A stretch of 64,000 bases of DNA from Octopus vulgaris (GCA_951406725.2 OX597814.1:43462001-43526000); one strand, 5' to 3'. Shown: positions 13,026-25,606, counted from the stretch's first letter. Notes: generated by a model not told the origin, from the sequence alone. Program-made: numbers and translations.

Positions 13026-13074
13026 TTGCCAAAATATTTTCGTCGCTTTCAGCCCGCGACCTCTTCATTGCCAA
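13026..13074 (-). ncRNA. Minimal hammerhead ribozyme motif (C3A variant) in a ~200-bp unit (12885-13090) next to (TA)n
   Basis: Minus strand: ttggca-ATGAAGA-g-GTCGC(gggctgaaa)GCGAC-GAAA-ATAT-TT-tggcaa. Confidence 0.65.
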
Positions 13075-13544
13075 ATTTCCGTGCTGCATCTGAGAAAGTA
13101 AGTTAATTCGTGATATGTATATGTACGAATGAATCTGTGTATGTATGTATGTATGTATGTATGTATGTATGTATGTATGTATGTATGTATGTATGTATGT
13201 ATGTATGCATGTATGTGTGTATGTCTTGAAAATAGTGTCATATATATATATGTATAGATGGATATGTGTGTATACTTTAAGATTATACGTATATTTATGA
13301 ATGTGTGTAAGTGTCTATATGATTGTGTGTACTTGTATATATGTATAAGGAAGGTTGTATGTGCATATATATCTAAGACGTTGTAGCAATTCTCTCTTAG
13401 ACGGTGGTGAGAGGGACAAACGCACATGCACATATGTGTGTGTGTGTGTATATATATGCATGTGTATGCATATGTGTGTGTATACAATCTTCAACAAAGT
13501 AACAGTCATGTATATAAATTGAACAGGCACATATCAGTACATAA

Positions 13545-13655
13545 ACATACGTAACTTAGCGGCACAGCAAAAACAAAGAGGTCCAATGGAATACGGCCTG
13601 TTGGTTCCTTTGACTGAACACTTGAAAGTGATGCCACAGCATGGCCACAGTTTAA
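13545..13655 (+). mobile_element. Degenerate 3' part of SINE family A
   Basis: acgtaacttagcgg..cagcaaaa and gccacagcatggccacagt match the 3' half of the 37515-37913 SINE. Confidence 0.6.
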
Positions 13656-14148
13656 AGTGTGTAAAAAATAAATGCCTATAATATGAAAGACATTCTTTCA
13701 TAAATCTTTTGGGAAATGTTCATATTTTTGTTTGAGAATAAATGAGTGCAATTTGATGTTGGAAGTTGCTGTAAGTACACAAGAACATGTTTAAGATTTC
13801 TGTCGAATAAATGGTACTTAACATATTGTCTGAATCGCTATCAGTATAAAAATACCTATACGATCAAATATTTTAAGAACATTAAATTTTGTCTTTGGTT
13901 TATGTCTGCCTTTGTGTATGTTAACATGAAATTGAATATGTACGGTTCAATATTGAAATATCAGTACATGAAAAAAGTAATGTGCTTGTATGTGTGTATG
14001 TATGAGAGTGCATGCATTCATACACACACATATACGAATACATATATATATGTGTGTGTGCGTCTGTCTACGTGTACGTGTATACATGTACACGCGTGTG
14101 CATATATGTATATACCGTATATATATATATATATGTACGCATACGCAA

Positions 14149-14230
14149 GAGTGGCTGCGTGGTAAGTAGCTTGCTTAGCACCCACGTGGCACTTCGGACA
14201 AGTGTCTACTGAAAGAAGCCCGTTATATAC
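14149..14230 (+). mobile_element. Internally deleted SINE family A head
   Basis: ggctgcgtggtaagtagcttgctta...cgtggcacttcggacaagtgtct...ctgaaagaagcccg matches the 37.7-37.9 kb copy with deletions. Confidence 0.75.
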
Positions 14231-14374
14231 ACTGTCAAATGTTTCATTGTAAAAGGTTCACCCTGTTTTAAGGAGAATTCCGCTCCATCAATTATGTTGA
14301 CAAATATACCACAGTTAAGTCGTCCGCATTTTTCTACTGTCGGTTTAGGCTTTGACGAGTGTACGCAGGCCTGC

Positions 14375-14595
14375 GCTAGATCGAGGGATCGTCAGTTCGA
14401 ATCTTAGACCGGGCGGATGTGTGTAGAAGATAATGGCGAACTTCTGCTGAATTTTCGCCTCAAATTTCTCTCACTCTTTCCTGCTGCATCTTGCAGCTCA
14501 CCTGCGGCAGACCGGCATCCCACCCAGATGGGGAACCTATACGCCAAGGAAACCAGGAAACAGGCTCTCATGAGGCAGGAACAAACAACAACAAT
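14375..14595 (+). mobile_element. tRNA-derived SINE (third family)
   Basis: B-box agttcgaatc at ~14394-14403, GC-richer body, (ACA)n tail before (TA)n. Confidence 0.55.
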
Positions 14596-14597
14596 AT

Positions 14598-14630
<33 letters not shown>

Positions 14631-14634
14631 AATA

Positions 14635-15064
14635 GCAACATATATAGCAACATATGGATGCGAGACCTGGACACTAAAGAAAGCTGACCAGAAGAGAATT
14701 AATGCATTCGAGCTTTGGTGTTGGAGAAGACTTTTACGGATTCGATGGACAGCAAGGCTCACCAATGGAGAAGTTCTTAAGCAGATCAGGCCGAAAATGT
14801 CGTAAGAAGCTAGGATCACCAAGCATAGATTGGCATATTTCGGTCATATTATGCGGAGAAAATCCCTGGAGAAGGACATCATGCTCGGAATGGTCAGTGG
14901 CAAGAGAGGAAGAGGCCGACCAAGAACCCGCTGGCTTGACACCATCAAGAGTGATACCGCAATGGACATAGCCAATCTGAAAGAAGCGGCCCAGGATAGA
15001 ACTGACTGGAGGACACTGATCCAACGAGTAACCGAGAGTCGACTTCGACTGAGCGGATAGATAG
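14635..15064 (+). mobile_element. 5'-truncated RTE-clade (BovB/RTE-1-like) LINE 3' end
   Basis: Single frame ATYGCETWTLKK..INAFELWCWRRLLRI.WTAR..N..VL..*..YFGHIMR..SLEK.IMLG.V.G.R.RGRP..RWLD; in-frame TAA at 14803-14805; short (ATAG) tail. Confidence 0.93.
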
Positions 15065-15074
15065 GTATATATAA

Positions 15075-15215
15075 ATATATACGACGAGCTTCTTTCAGTT
15101 TCAGTCTACCAAATCCCCTCATAAGGCTTTAGTTAGTCCGAAGCTATAGCAGAAAACTCAGGAAACTATGTAGAACTATGTGTTTGGGAAGCGAGCGTCT
15201 TACCTCACAGCCACA
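15075..15215 (-). mobile_element. SINE family A 5' part
   Basis: tatacgacgagcttctttcagtttcagtctaccaaatcccctcataaggcttt...ttacctcacagccac matches 37757-37913. Confidence 0.8.
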
Positions 15216-17199
15216 GTGTGTGTGTGGTAAGTCTATTGAATTGAATGATATCATTCCTATATATATGTGGAATTATGCTTTAGGTAGTAATATGTTAAAA
15301 CATTCGCGCAAATGTGAAATGACAGGTGCGGTAATATTTTAAATATTAGTCGTAAATGTTTGATGCACATATTAAGGAATGAAACGTCATTTTCACATAC
15401 GTTCTCCACTACAATCTCGCATATTAATTAAATAGAATATATCTTTGAATTAAGCCAATAATGACGAATTCATATATAAACAGAATTCGACACTAATTGA
15501 AAGAAATGCAATAATAATTTAAACCATTCATAATCAAAAGTGTCATTGAGAGGAATTTCTGTTTTTGTATCACAGGTTTTATCTTTCCTAGCTAATGACA
15601 GATATCCTTCACCACAATCACACATTCAGCCTTCTGAATTCAAAGCTACATTATCCTATACAGCTGTTGAACCAACTACACTATTTCATATACCGATGTA
15701 CTATTAAGAAAATTGGTCTATGCATCAATGAAGCAGAAATAATGCATAATGTACAATATAAGGGAACTTAAGTAATTGGACTTCAAGAGGAAAACAAATA
15801 AAAGCAATCCGTTCGTAGTGAAAGATACTCCGAAGTTTTTTAAATTAAGGCTGGACTCGTTTCAACAGTACTGGAAATGTTTATACATTGTGGGAAACGG
15901 ATTTATAAAATATACAAATTTTACGTCCATAAAGCCTTCTTCTTTACGGACGTAAGTTTCAAATTTGTATATATTGTATATATTGTATATTGAAGCATCC
16001 GTTAAAAGCCTCGATGGAGTATACATACAGATGCTTTGTAAATAAATAAGCACTTGTTGCAAACGCTTTTAAACTAGAAACGATAATATGGCAACATTCC
16101 CAACATAACTACATATTTAAATCATTTTAATGTAAAATTCTTTAGATACAGCTAACGAAGCAACGATGAGATAATTCCCCAAGCGTTATGATTGGGCCTA
16201 ATAGAAGGACAAAAATCAAGTCAGACTGAATTCATATATTGAGGTTCTACAACGAGACATACTCAGTAGTCATAAATTCATTACAGCTGCAGTAAAAATT
16301 GCGAATGAAAGCCAATCATGATGCGAATGAAAGCCAATCATTATTCACCAAACACTGGTGGTATTTCAATTTGAATGTACATCAATCAGACTTTTTTTTT
16401 ATACTCCTGGACATTCCTCATAAAATAATACTCATCTATCTACATTGATATTAGTTGCTTATATGTATTTATATTATATACATAACTGACGACATCAGAA
16501 ATCATTTTAATTTACGCAATAGTACAGCGCAGACATTTAAAAACTATCTTTCCGTGAACGGAAAAATGATCTATTCCTAGAACTGTCAGAGGGAATTAGA
16601 AGCCTAATCTAACCTATTCAAATTTTGCTTCACTTGGCCAAGTAATTATTTTGCACAACAGCGAGATGAAAATTGTATGTATACTTAAAACAATGTACCT
16701 GAAATTGCAATTTGCCCAAGCGCATTTTGTGGTGTTTCATGAATTAATTAATCCACGTTGTCTGTGCATGGAATATTCTGGAAAGCTGACTGACCAATCG
16801 TGTAATACTCTTTGAATGATATAATCAATATTTTCATCGCATAGTACTACACAAATAAAACTGCATAGTTTAACTTAGCCTTTGCTTCCACACAATATTA
16901 GTTAGATGCTACTAATCTCTGGTTATTCTTTATGACGACCATTAGTCAGATCGACTCTGCATTTGGTTAGGTAGAGAGAAATCATTTGATAACTACTGTA
17001 TGTGCTTTCGACAAGGATAATATAATTCTTAACAAATGTAACTTAAACTAATCCTCTTTACATCAATCTGAGTTAGGCGACAACTGAAGTAATTCCATGC
17101 GGATTTGTTTTCTTTTTTTTTACAACAACTATTAAGGGAGGGATAAATTCTTAGACTTTTCATTACAAGTGATTATATACGTATCATATATTTTGAAAT

Positions 17200-17202
<3 letters not shown>

Positions 17203-17239
<37 letters not shown>

Positions 17240-17610
17240 ATTTGGCTCAAAAGCAAATAGCAAGGCCATGTAGGGGGACATGGAGTTAAGTACAAGGTGG
17301 TGTTCATGTAAAGAGTTCAGGCCACTTGAGGTCAAGGGAGGCTTTGAACAAAGCGGTCGTCGGCATCTTCACCATCTCGTCTGGCAGCTTGTTCCACGGA
17401 TCCGCAACCCGGACGGAGAAAGCTCCTCTCCTTCGATTGAGATGAAATCGTCGCAGGTAGAGCTTTTCGGAATGACCCCGCAGCCGACGCTCTGGAGCAG
17501 GAGTGAAGAACAGCTCTTTCGAGAGGTTACACTTTCCGCTTATGATGTTGTGGGCGAGAATGAGATCACCACGGCGGCAGCGTTTTTCTAGAGAATAAAG
17601 TTTAGAGAGT
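17203..17610 (-). mobile_element. 5'-truncated CR1-clade LINE 3' end with (TAAC)n tail
   Basis: Uninterrupted LYSLEKRCRRGDLILAHNII...LRGHSEKL...RRRGAFSVRVADPWNKLP...FKASLD..*; short 3' UTR and tetranucleotide tail at 17203-17238. Confidence 0.92.
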
Positions 17611-17739
17611 TGTATTATAGTGAGAGTGAATGAGAGGAAATGTATACAAAACAGAAAGAAGTATCAATAACAATGAAACTGATCACAGGATTACGAGAAA
17701 GATATTATTCTTCATCATTAATTGTTACATTGTACCATT

Positions 17740-18320
17740 ACAATATGAATTTAGCTATTCATGAAGCACTTAAGGTATCTAATGCTTTATGAGTTAGGAA
17801 TAAAAGTTAATAATGTTGTAGAAGCAATCCGAAATATTCTTGGTGTTCACAAATATTTCTTAAACGAAATAATCAGTGTTTTGAAAGACTTAATGAGGGT
17901 GATTTCAGTTTAAGAGATACTTCACAAATCAGTTCAGCTGTTCAGTTACTACAGACCTCGTTTATGAAAACTTAATGGAAATATTGATATTAGGATTGAT
18001 GGCTTAACACAGAAGTTAAATTCAAGTCGTAGAACAGTTCACCAGCATCTGGAACGGTTTACAATAGCGTCTAAACTCGGAAAATAGAATTTCCCATAAT
18101 TTGGCAGAAAGTTACAGTGAAGTACTTATCCCTATTTGGTGGTGTATTAAGGATTGCTGGTAATAAGCGGATCATTGAAAGAATGCTAAGTAATGCAATG
18201 TTTTGGGAAGGTGAACTGGTTAGACTACACGAGCAAAAAAGAAGTCTTCAACCCTACCCCACCAAAAAAAGAAACACAATTAGTGTTTGGCGGGATCGTG
18301 TTGACGAGGCCCACTTCTGA
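17740..18320 (+). mobile_element. Decayed mariner transposase remnant
   Basis: FERLNEGDFSLRD (cf. WFxRFxxGDFSLxD), TVHQHL...SKLGK*..PHNL (cf. WVPHEL), PTKK...SVWRD (cf. PKK.MLCVWWD). Confidence 0.65.
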
Positions 18321-19038
18321 TTATTGCCATTCAGAGCGCACCTCTATGTTTTCATACACTTTGTCTATTAGGATAAAATGTCTTGTTAGACACTTAATCT
18401 TAATAGATTTATCCTGATAGTTACTGCAGTGAAGGTCTCAGGGCGTATGTTCACCAACGTGCTACATATAAACCTAGGCAGCTTTCTTTTAATCATCCCT
18501 CTTTAACGTGACAATAGTATATTAATTTCAGCTTGAAAATACTTTACACACACCTCCAAGTTTGTCATCTGCTGTTTTCATATACGTACGGCAGCTTTTA
18601 GTGGTATGTGATCAAAAGATTCGGTGCTTGGAACTCATAAAATATGATATTTTAATCCACTGTATGCCCGTCGAATAAGCTTCAAAAATATTTTAATAAA
18701 TTCGTGATAGCTTGTTTATACTGGAATATAGATTTGCAAGACTGGAGGTAAATTTCAATTTTAAATCTTTAATATTATATGATAATTTAGCAGTTTTATG
18801 ACTGTTTATATGCAATATGCCCTATCAGACCGAAGTATTTTACCTGTTTTTAAATCAAAGTGGCTAGAAGCAGCCTCTTATACATCTACTACAATGCCAT
18901 TCTAAAAATGAATAATCCTATCATTGAAGTCATGAAGCTGCAAGACAGAGCTTGATAAAATCAAAACAATATAAATGAATAAGAATTACATGACAGATTA
19001 ATTAGTGTGCTTATGTGTTACATATGAACTATAGATTA

Positions 19039-19087
<49 letters not shown>

Positions 19088-19484
19088 ACTGATTAGAAGC
19101 TGATCCATAATAACAAGGTTGATTTTTAATAACAAGTATACTTGTGTCTGGAATGCGTTTACTAAGGATTCAATTATTTATTTTACTTAGTTTCACTTAA
19201 TCTTACTAACCAAATAAATAGGCTTTGAACAAAACTTTACTTCTATCGTTGAAGGAGATGTAAATGTGCCTATGTTTAACTGATTCTGATTTGTCTGCAG
19301 TCTCAGGAACATAGTGATAGAAGTAGCGTTATGATTGTAGGATATATAACTTTATATCACCGAATTTTAATTTCGTTAATACATATTCCACTGCGCGTTT
19401 ATGTGTTAAATGTGAGTATTCAAACTGCCAATTTCATAGTTTTATTATTTTCTGGGTGAACAAATATATTAACTTTTTCCTTTT

Positions 19485-19795
19485 AGATGTTTCAAATCGC
19501 TCGTCTCCTCCATTCTGGGGCATCATCTTCAACGATCTAGACGAAGAAATCGACCTTAGCACTTACTTTATTAAGGTCTGATACTTTGTTACACACACAC
19601 GCACACACATACATACACACATACACACACACACACACACACACAAACAGAGAATTGATTTCCTTCAATTTCCTTTAAAGAAATCCACCCACTCTCAAGG
19701 CTGTGATAGAATTTACCCAATGTGCCGCGTGGTCGAACCGAACCTAAGACTACATGGTTATGAAGCCAAATTCTTAATTACACAGTCAACTCTGC
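19485..19795 (-). mobile_element. Old degenerate SINE family A copy
   Basis: ccattctggggcatc, tcgaccttagcacttact, (CA)n spacer, aaatccac..ctcaagg and cccaatgtgccgcgtggtcgaaccgaacc in the same order as in the 37.5-37.9 kb copy. Confidence 0.6.
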
Positions 19796-20507
19796 ACATA
19801 TGTTATTTCACTTTTTTTACGATTTTGACTGTTACTTTATCTTGGAAAGTGTTGCATATCGTAGAAAGTCTGTTCCAGGTTAATAGTTTCATGAAATGTA
19901 GTATACTAAACAACTTCATGGAAAATTTGCAAAATTTGAAGAAATGTATTTTTTTTTTTTTTGTTTCAGTATATTCCGGTTATAGTTATCAAAGCGCTGA
20001 CGTGAATACGTTGCAGTTAGATCAAAAAGCACAAACATAAAATAAGAAATCTATAGTGCTTCAAACATGGTAGCGTGTATTATATTTAATATAGCTGAAA
20101 AAATTTATACCTCTCTGAACTTTGAAATTTACCCTTGTGCGTTTACAAACTAAAATTCGAAAGTATAAAATTATTGTTATGCACACTTGTTAACGATGAG
20201 ATCAAAAGCGTATCGAAAGTAATTTTGCGGAAAATAAACATGGAATTACAGCGTGCAATTTCTCTCCCCTACATTGATTATCTCTATTTATATTTGCCTT
20301 GCGAACTAGATTCTTAACCTGCCTTAAAATATAGCATTACATCACATCCACCCTCTTGGAAAACAGCCTTTTTATCATATATATTTTCAGCGCTTGAATA
20401 TTTCCACCTCTCTTGAATGTGATATTTGGTATTGTATGTCGGTGCAATTGCTGACTCGAATGAAAACTTCTTCCTATCTACCGCTACTGCTACTGCACTA
20501 TTAATGA

Positions 20508-20692
20508 CAAGAAGAAGAAGAAGAAGAAGAAGAAGAAGAAGAAGAAGAAGAATGAGGAGGAGGAGGAGGAGGGGAGGGGAGGAGGAGGAAGAAGAAGAAG
20601 AAGAAGAAGAAGAAGAAGAATGAGGAGGAGGATGGAGAGGAGGAGGAGGAGGAGGAAGAAGAAGAACAACAAAAAGAAGATGAAGAAGAAGA
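20508..20692. repeat. (GAA)n/(GGA)n purine triplet repeat
   Basis: Directly visible. Confidence 0.95.
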
Positions 20693-21364
20693 TTATCATC
20701 CAATTACACCAGGAAAACACAAATGAAACTGAAAAAAACATAACTGCGGAAATACCCATCAAAATTTATTTCCATTTGCCATACGTAAATAATGTGTTGC
20801 ACATGTTTACAACACTCAACATCCAACATGTGCACATACGAACAGTTAGATGCAAATCGTATCAACTTATGACTGACTCCTTTCCTCTCTATACAACACA
20901 AAAAAACGTAAGTTAATCCAAATCCGTATGATAATCAGCAAATGCGGACTTATAACTTCATTCAAAATGGTACGAACTAATGCATGCAAAACTTTTTAAT
21001 ACCAGAAAAGATCTGGCTGGTACCTATGAACATGAGAAATGTCTAAATAAATGACCATACATTACTTCTCATGTCTCATAAATAAAGTGAATAAAGATAA
21101 ATGAATACGTTAGGAACATGTTTCTATTCTGCTGGTTTATCTCAGCGCAGTACTCTAACTGCAACAGTAATATACAATGGTATATCTCTTTTTTTTATTA
21201 TACAATGGTATATCTGTACATCCATGCACCTAAATATATCACTGAATCCTAAGAAACTATCTAACTTGAAACAACGTTCTAGTTAAGCATTGGAGTCTAT
21301 TCTATTGAGTGATCATACTACACCAAAATTTCTGGCAAATGTCGAAATTAGAGCGAAGTACAAG

Positions 21365-21560
21365 GTGAGAGAATCGTTGGAGTACCGTTCAAAATATCTT
21401 GCACGGTAACTTCTGACAAGTTTAAATTCCACTGTGGTCAACTTAATATATTAATACCAACACCCACCACCCACTAAAGCGATAATATATCTATCAGTCA
21501 AAATAAGGATTGTTTCGTCTTACCAATTTTCTCCGAAAAATTGTTAGCCTCTTGCTTGCA
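21365..21560 (+). mobile_element. Degenerate SINE family B copy
   Basis: agaatcgtt.g.gtaccg..caaaat..ctt and aagtttaaattccactgtggtcaactt resemble the family B head. Confidence 0.5.
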
Positions 21561-22101
21561 GTTCAAAATATTCTTTTCTGTTTTTGTTTGCTGTGAAGTC
21601 GTGCTTTTAAAGAGACCCACTTACAACGCTAGATCTTTCAGGGGAACTTGATGTTAATTTGTTATTATCAACCAAATGCTTCTGCATAACTGGCTGTCCA
21701 CAAAAAAAGTCAAGGTTTCTACATTTACGTGTTTTAAAGTGCCGTCAGCTTTTGCACGAGGGAATGACATCACCAGTACTGTGAGTATTAAGTACCCCAC
21801 ACGATCTTTTGCAAAAACAAAGTGGGATTTAAAACCTATAATAATTAAGTCAACTTTGAGTAAATGAAAAATATGTATTATAAATGCTGTCTCAAAAGCC
21901 ATTTGTAATAAGAACATCACTGTTACTGCCGTCATTCATACAAAAGTACTAGAACCAGTTCTTTACTCTCAGTGCCACGAGTGATTTATGACTTAAGACA
22001 AGAAGCTCCAATTTATTTCATAAAAAGTTGAGAAACTGAATATATCAGAGTTCCCCCTAAACTGCTGGCATTGTGTCAAATTTTGAAATCAATACTAGAC
22101 A

Positions 22102-22309
22102 TTGGTTTCATGTTTTGGTACAAAGCCTGCAATTTCGGGTAAGCGGGATACTTAGGCCTCAGTGTTCAACATGTACAACATTTTATTGACCCCGAAAGGA
22201 AGAAAGGGAAAATAGACACGGCGGCATTTCAACTCAGAACATAATGTCGGAAGAAATAGCGTTCAGCATTCCTCCCGGAGCGGTAACAATTCTGCCAGTT
22301 TACCGCCTT
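22102..22309 (-). mobile_element. tRNA-derived SINE family B
   Basis: ttttggtacaaagcc..caattt, gaccccgaaagga, ggcggcatttcaactcagaac, tctgccagtttaccgcctt; B-box gagttgaaat on the minus strand. Confidence 0.8.
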
Positions 22310-22550
22310 ATCTTTCATGTAATATATTACGTCTTCCTACAGCTCTCATTTATAGTTTATATAACTATATGCTCACTCCAATATATTTTCAACCAATGAA
22401 AATCATATCATGATTTTCATTGTATATAGTGTTCCCTAGTCAGCATTAGTGTAAGGCTTCCCACATACGTTTTTAACTTATCGCTCAATGATTTAACATA
22501 TTTGCTTTTTATCACTCCTTGCTTTCAATTTACGCTTCAATGCGTGTGTT

Positions 22551-22613
<63 letters not shown>

Positions 22614-22709
22614 ATAAAACGGTAAGATAACAAAAGAAAGAAAGAGACCTCAATATTATGTAAATAGAGTAAATTTATCTATACAATATGTTACATTACT
22701 CGGTAGTCA

Positions 22710-22772
22710 AGATAACACTCTGAGTTTCAGATGCCGAAGTGGAAATCCACAACACCATCTCTTCGGTTATCT
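22710..22772 (-). ncRNA. Hammerhead motif in the PLE 3' pLTR (GUG at cleavage site)
   Basis: agataa-CCGAAGA-gatg..catc-t-GAAA-CTCAGAG-TG-ttatct on the minus strand. Confidence 0.6.
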
Positions 22773-22966
22773 GGCTATTTGAAAACGTTATGAAAAAATA
22801 CCGTTAAAAATGAAGGGAAATTACTCTGTTATAACTCTGCTTTGCCTGCGTACTTATACATCGCTCGCATTTTTCGTCATAAAAATTATATAAAAATACA
22901 TAAAAATATATAAAAATATATAAAAATATATAAAATCTTCTTGGGACATAACACAGAAAGCATGTT

Positions 22967-24423
22967 CTATCCGTTTTCTTTAGGGGACCAAAAACGTAAC
23001 AGAAATTTAGTCACATGTGGGCATGATCCGAAAAGTTCTGTCCTTGTATTTAGACATGTGGTAGGGTCTAAGCTGCTTTTCCAGATAAGCCATCTCTCCA
23101 TGTCGCATAAACCGCACCTTCCGCTGCCGTAAGTATAGGGCTTACATCTGGCCAAAATCTTCCATTGTATGTTATAATCGACACCTTTATCTCTTAAAGA
23201 CCAAATATGATTGGATAATTGTGTCGCTTTTCTTTTGTTCCAGTGCCTAAAGCTCAAAGTGTGGTTATTGAACCTGGCCTTGAAATTACCCTCTGTCAGG
23301 CCCACGTATTTCTTCGTCAAAACGGTGTCTTTAGTGGTTATAGAGTTTACGGTAGCTTCATATATGATGGTCTTGGACATGCAAGCTCCATTTAGCGGGC
23401 ACAATTCTTTATTCCTGCATGAACAGCTGTTTTCTTCTTGTGTTTTTTGTATGTTATGATTGATTATGTTTTTAAAATTGGTAGTTGAACTAAAACTAAT
23501 TTTTAAATTGTGTCTATTGAAGAGTTTCCTATAAGAATGGTTAACTGGAAAATGTCTATCTATCAGTGCTAGGAAATATTTACCTATATTGAAGGCCACC
23601 TCGGGTGAGTAAGGGGGCGTAAACCAGATGACCTTCCTATTTCTATTATTCCTTTTCCTTATTGTTGGGCTGGTGATAGGTGTATATTTTATTTTTTCGC
23701 TAAAACCACTATCTTTTAAAGCTTTATTATAAACTGGGGCAACGCTATTGAAGATGTCCTCATTAGATGAGAGGCTAGAAATCCTCTTACTAATATTTTT
23801 AACTAAATTTTTGAATACTATAGGGGGATGGCATGAACCTACATTAATATAACTTAGTCTATCATTGGGCTTCCTATAAGGCTTATAAATATTATTATTA
23901 AGATCTAAGGAAACGTCTAAGAAATTGACAACCGTCAGGTTAGTGTCTATAGTTATACTAAGTCCGAAGTGTTTCATTAACTGGATAATATCCTTCCTAA
24001 AACGATCTTGTGCTGGTCCATTTGTATTAGCTGTTAAGGCGAGGGCATCATCTTTGTAGATGGCGAAATGTACGTTAGGGAATGTCTTACTGAAGGTATC
24101 TAGGAGAAAGAGTCCAATTAGATCACAGATGCCTGCCCCATCATATGAACCCATGCTCACATCGAAAGCGCCCTCCGTGTCGGTGTTTTTACCCACTTTG
24201 CATTCTCACTGAAAAGTACTGTCTTTCTAGCATGGAAGATTATATCCTTATCATTGGTACTAATTTCTATGAAGTCACTAGCGAAGATTAGGGCTTTATC
24301 TAGCAGTTCTTTAGAGATAGAGGCATAAAAATCAACAATATCGAATTGTGTAAACCTCGCTTTTTTCTTATTCTTAATAGCTTTAAACCAGTCTACGACT
24401 TCTATACTATTGGACCATTGCAC
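22967..24423 (-). pseudogene. PLE reverse transcriptase + GIY-YIG endonuclease ORF, 5'-truncated, one frameshift
   Basis: FDIVDFYASI (motif A), MGSYDGAGICDLIG (B), YKDD (C), FLDV, CSCR..CPLNGAC, IIY..YVGLT..FKARFNNH, CGLC, LN..E...CPH; frames 24157-24423 and 22967-24196 join if one T is added to the T5 run at 24186-24190. Confidence 0.93.
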
Positions 24424-24856
24424 TAGCCTAGTATCGGTCTAGTATCATTGCACTAGCCTAGTATCGGAAGATTTTGGCCAGATGTAAGCCCTATACTAAC
24501 GGCAGCGGAAGGTGCGGTTTATGCGACATGGAGAGATGGCTTATCTGGAAAAGCAGCTTAGACCCTACCACATGTCTAAATACAAGGACAGAACTTTTCG
24601 GATCATGCCCACATGTGACTAAATTTCTGTTACGTTTTTGGTCCCCTAAAGAAAACGGATAGAACATGCTTTCTGTGTTATGTCCCAAGAAGATTTTATA
24701 TATTTTTATATATTTTTATATATTTTTATGTATTTTTATATAATTTTTATGACGAAAAATGCGAGCGATGTATAAGTACGCAGGCAAAGCAGAGTTATAA
24801 CAGAGTAATTTCCCTTCATTTTTAACGGTATTTTTTCATAACGTTTTCAAATAGCC

Positions 24857-24919
24857 AGATAACCGAAGAGATGGTGTTGTGGATTTCCACTTCGGCATCT
24901 GAAACTCAGAGTTTTATCT
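24857..24919 (+). ncRNA. Hammerhead motif in the inverted pLTR (GUU at cleavage site)
   Basis: agataa-CCGAAGA-gatggtgttgtggatttccacttcggcatc-t-GAAA-CTCAGAG-TT-ttatct; 6-bp stem I; U4C core variant. Confidence 0.7.
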
Positions 24920-24948
24920 TGACTACCGAGTAATGTAACATATTGTAT

Positions 24949-25003
<55 letters not shown>

Positions 25004-25492
25004 GTAAACATATGTGGATATGTAGTTAGTTTTCTAGTTAAGCAGAGAACAGAAAACAAAGACATTTAGTTGGAAACCAATGACCTTGTAATATTATAAG
25101 TGTCATAGAAGCCGGCGATAAAGTATTGATATTTTATGAATTATAAATGGCTTTTCAGATCAACTGAACAAATTAACTTTTCTTCGTAAATGGGTGGCTT
25201 GTGACATTAACATTTTATATATATGCCATTATACAGATGTTTAATTGCACTAAAATTTTTGGTCATTTCTAAATGGCCTGCTAAAATTCTCTAAAGACTG
25301 CATCTAAGTTTCAGAGCTTTTTCTTCACCTCACATATTTCTGTAATTGCAGGAACAAATATGAGTATAATTACACGCGCGCACGCACACAGACACACATA
25401 GACACACATATGCATTCATACACACGCATGCACATACACAAAGATAGAAAAACGACAGAGAGTGAGAGAAAGATATTACTATATGAATACAT

Positions 25493-25530
<38 letters not shown>

Positions 25531-25606
25531 CACATTTTCAAAATGTAACTACATGTGAATCGTTGGCGATTTTTCCCCCGTCTTCCTTTTCTGTCATACT
25601 TTCCTC

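Larger units (their letters stand above)
22611..24953 (-). mobile_element. Young 5'-truncated PLE (Naiad-like) with a 488-bp inverted pLTR, inserted in (TA)n
   Basis: 22676-23163 and 24466-24953 are reverse complements with two differences seen; internal RT + GIY-YIG ORF; (TA)n on both sides. Confidence 0.95.

Noticed and set aside
16300-16341. 22-bp-period tandem duplication tgcgaatgaaagccaatcat
   Set aside because: Real but an ordinary local slippage event with no associated structure.
17203-17238. Telomere-like (TTAG)n tract
   Set aside because: It is the (TAAC)n tail of the CR1 LINE, not TTAGGG.
20314-20916. Poly-R/E/L/S ORFs (also 29774-30671 and 60254-60925)
   Set aside because: Triplet-repeat artefacts with no domain or splice support.
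22967-23460. Selenoprotein recoding, reported for some Naiad PLEs
   Set aside because: The conserved Cys positions in this endonuclease and in 29124-29624 are ordinary Cys codons, with no in-frame TGA.
24474-24662. Independent 62-aa gene
   Set aside because: It is the inverted duplicate of the PLE ORF C-terminus inside the pLTR.
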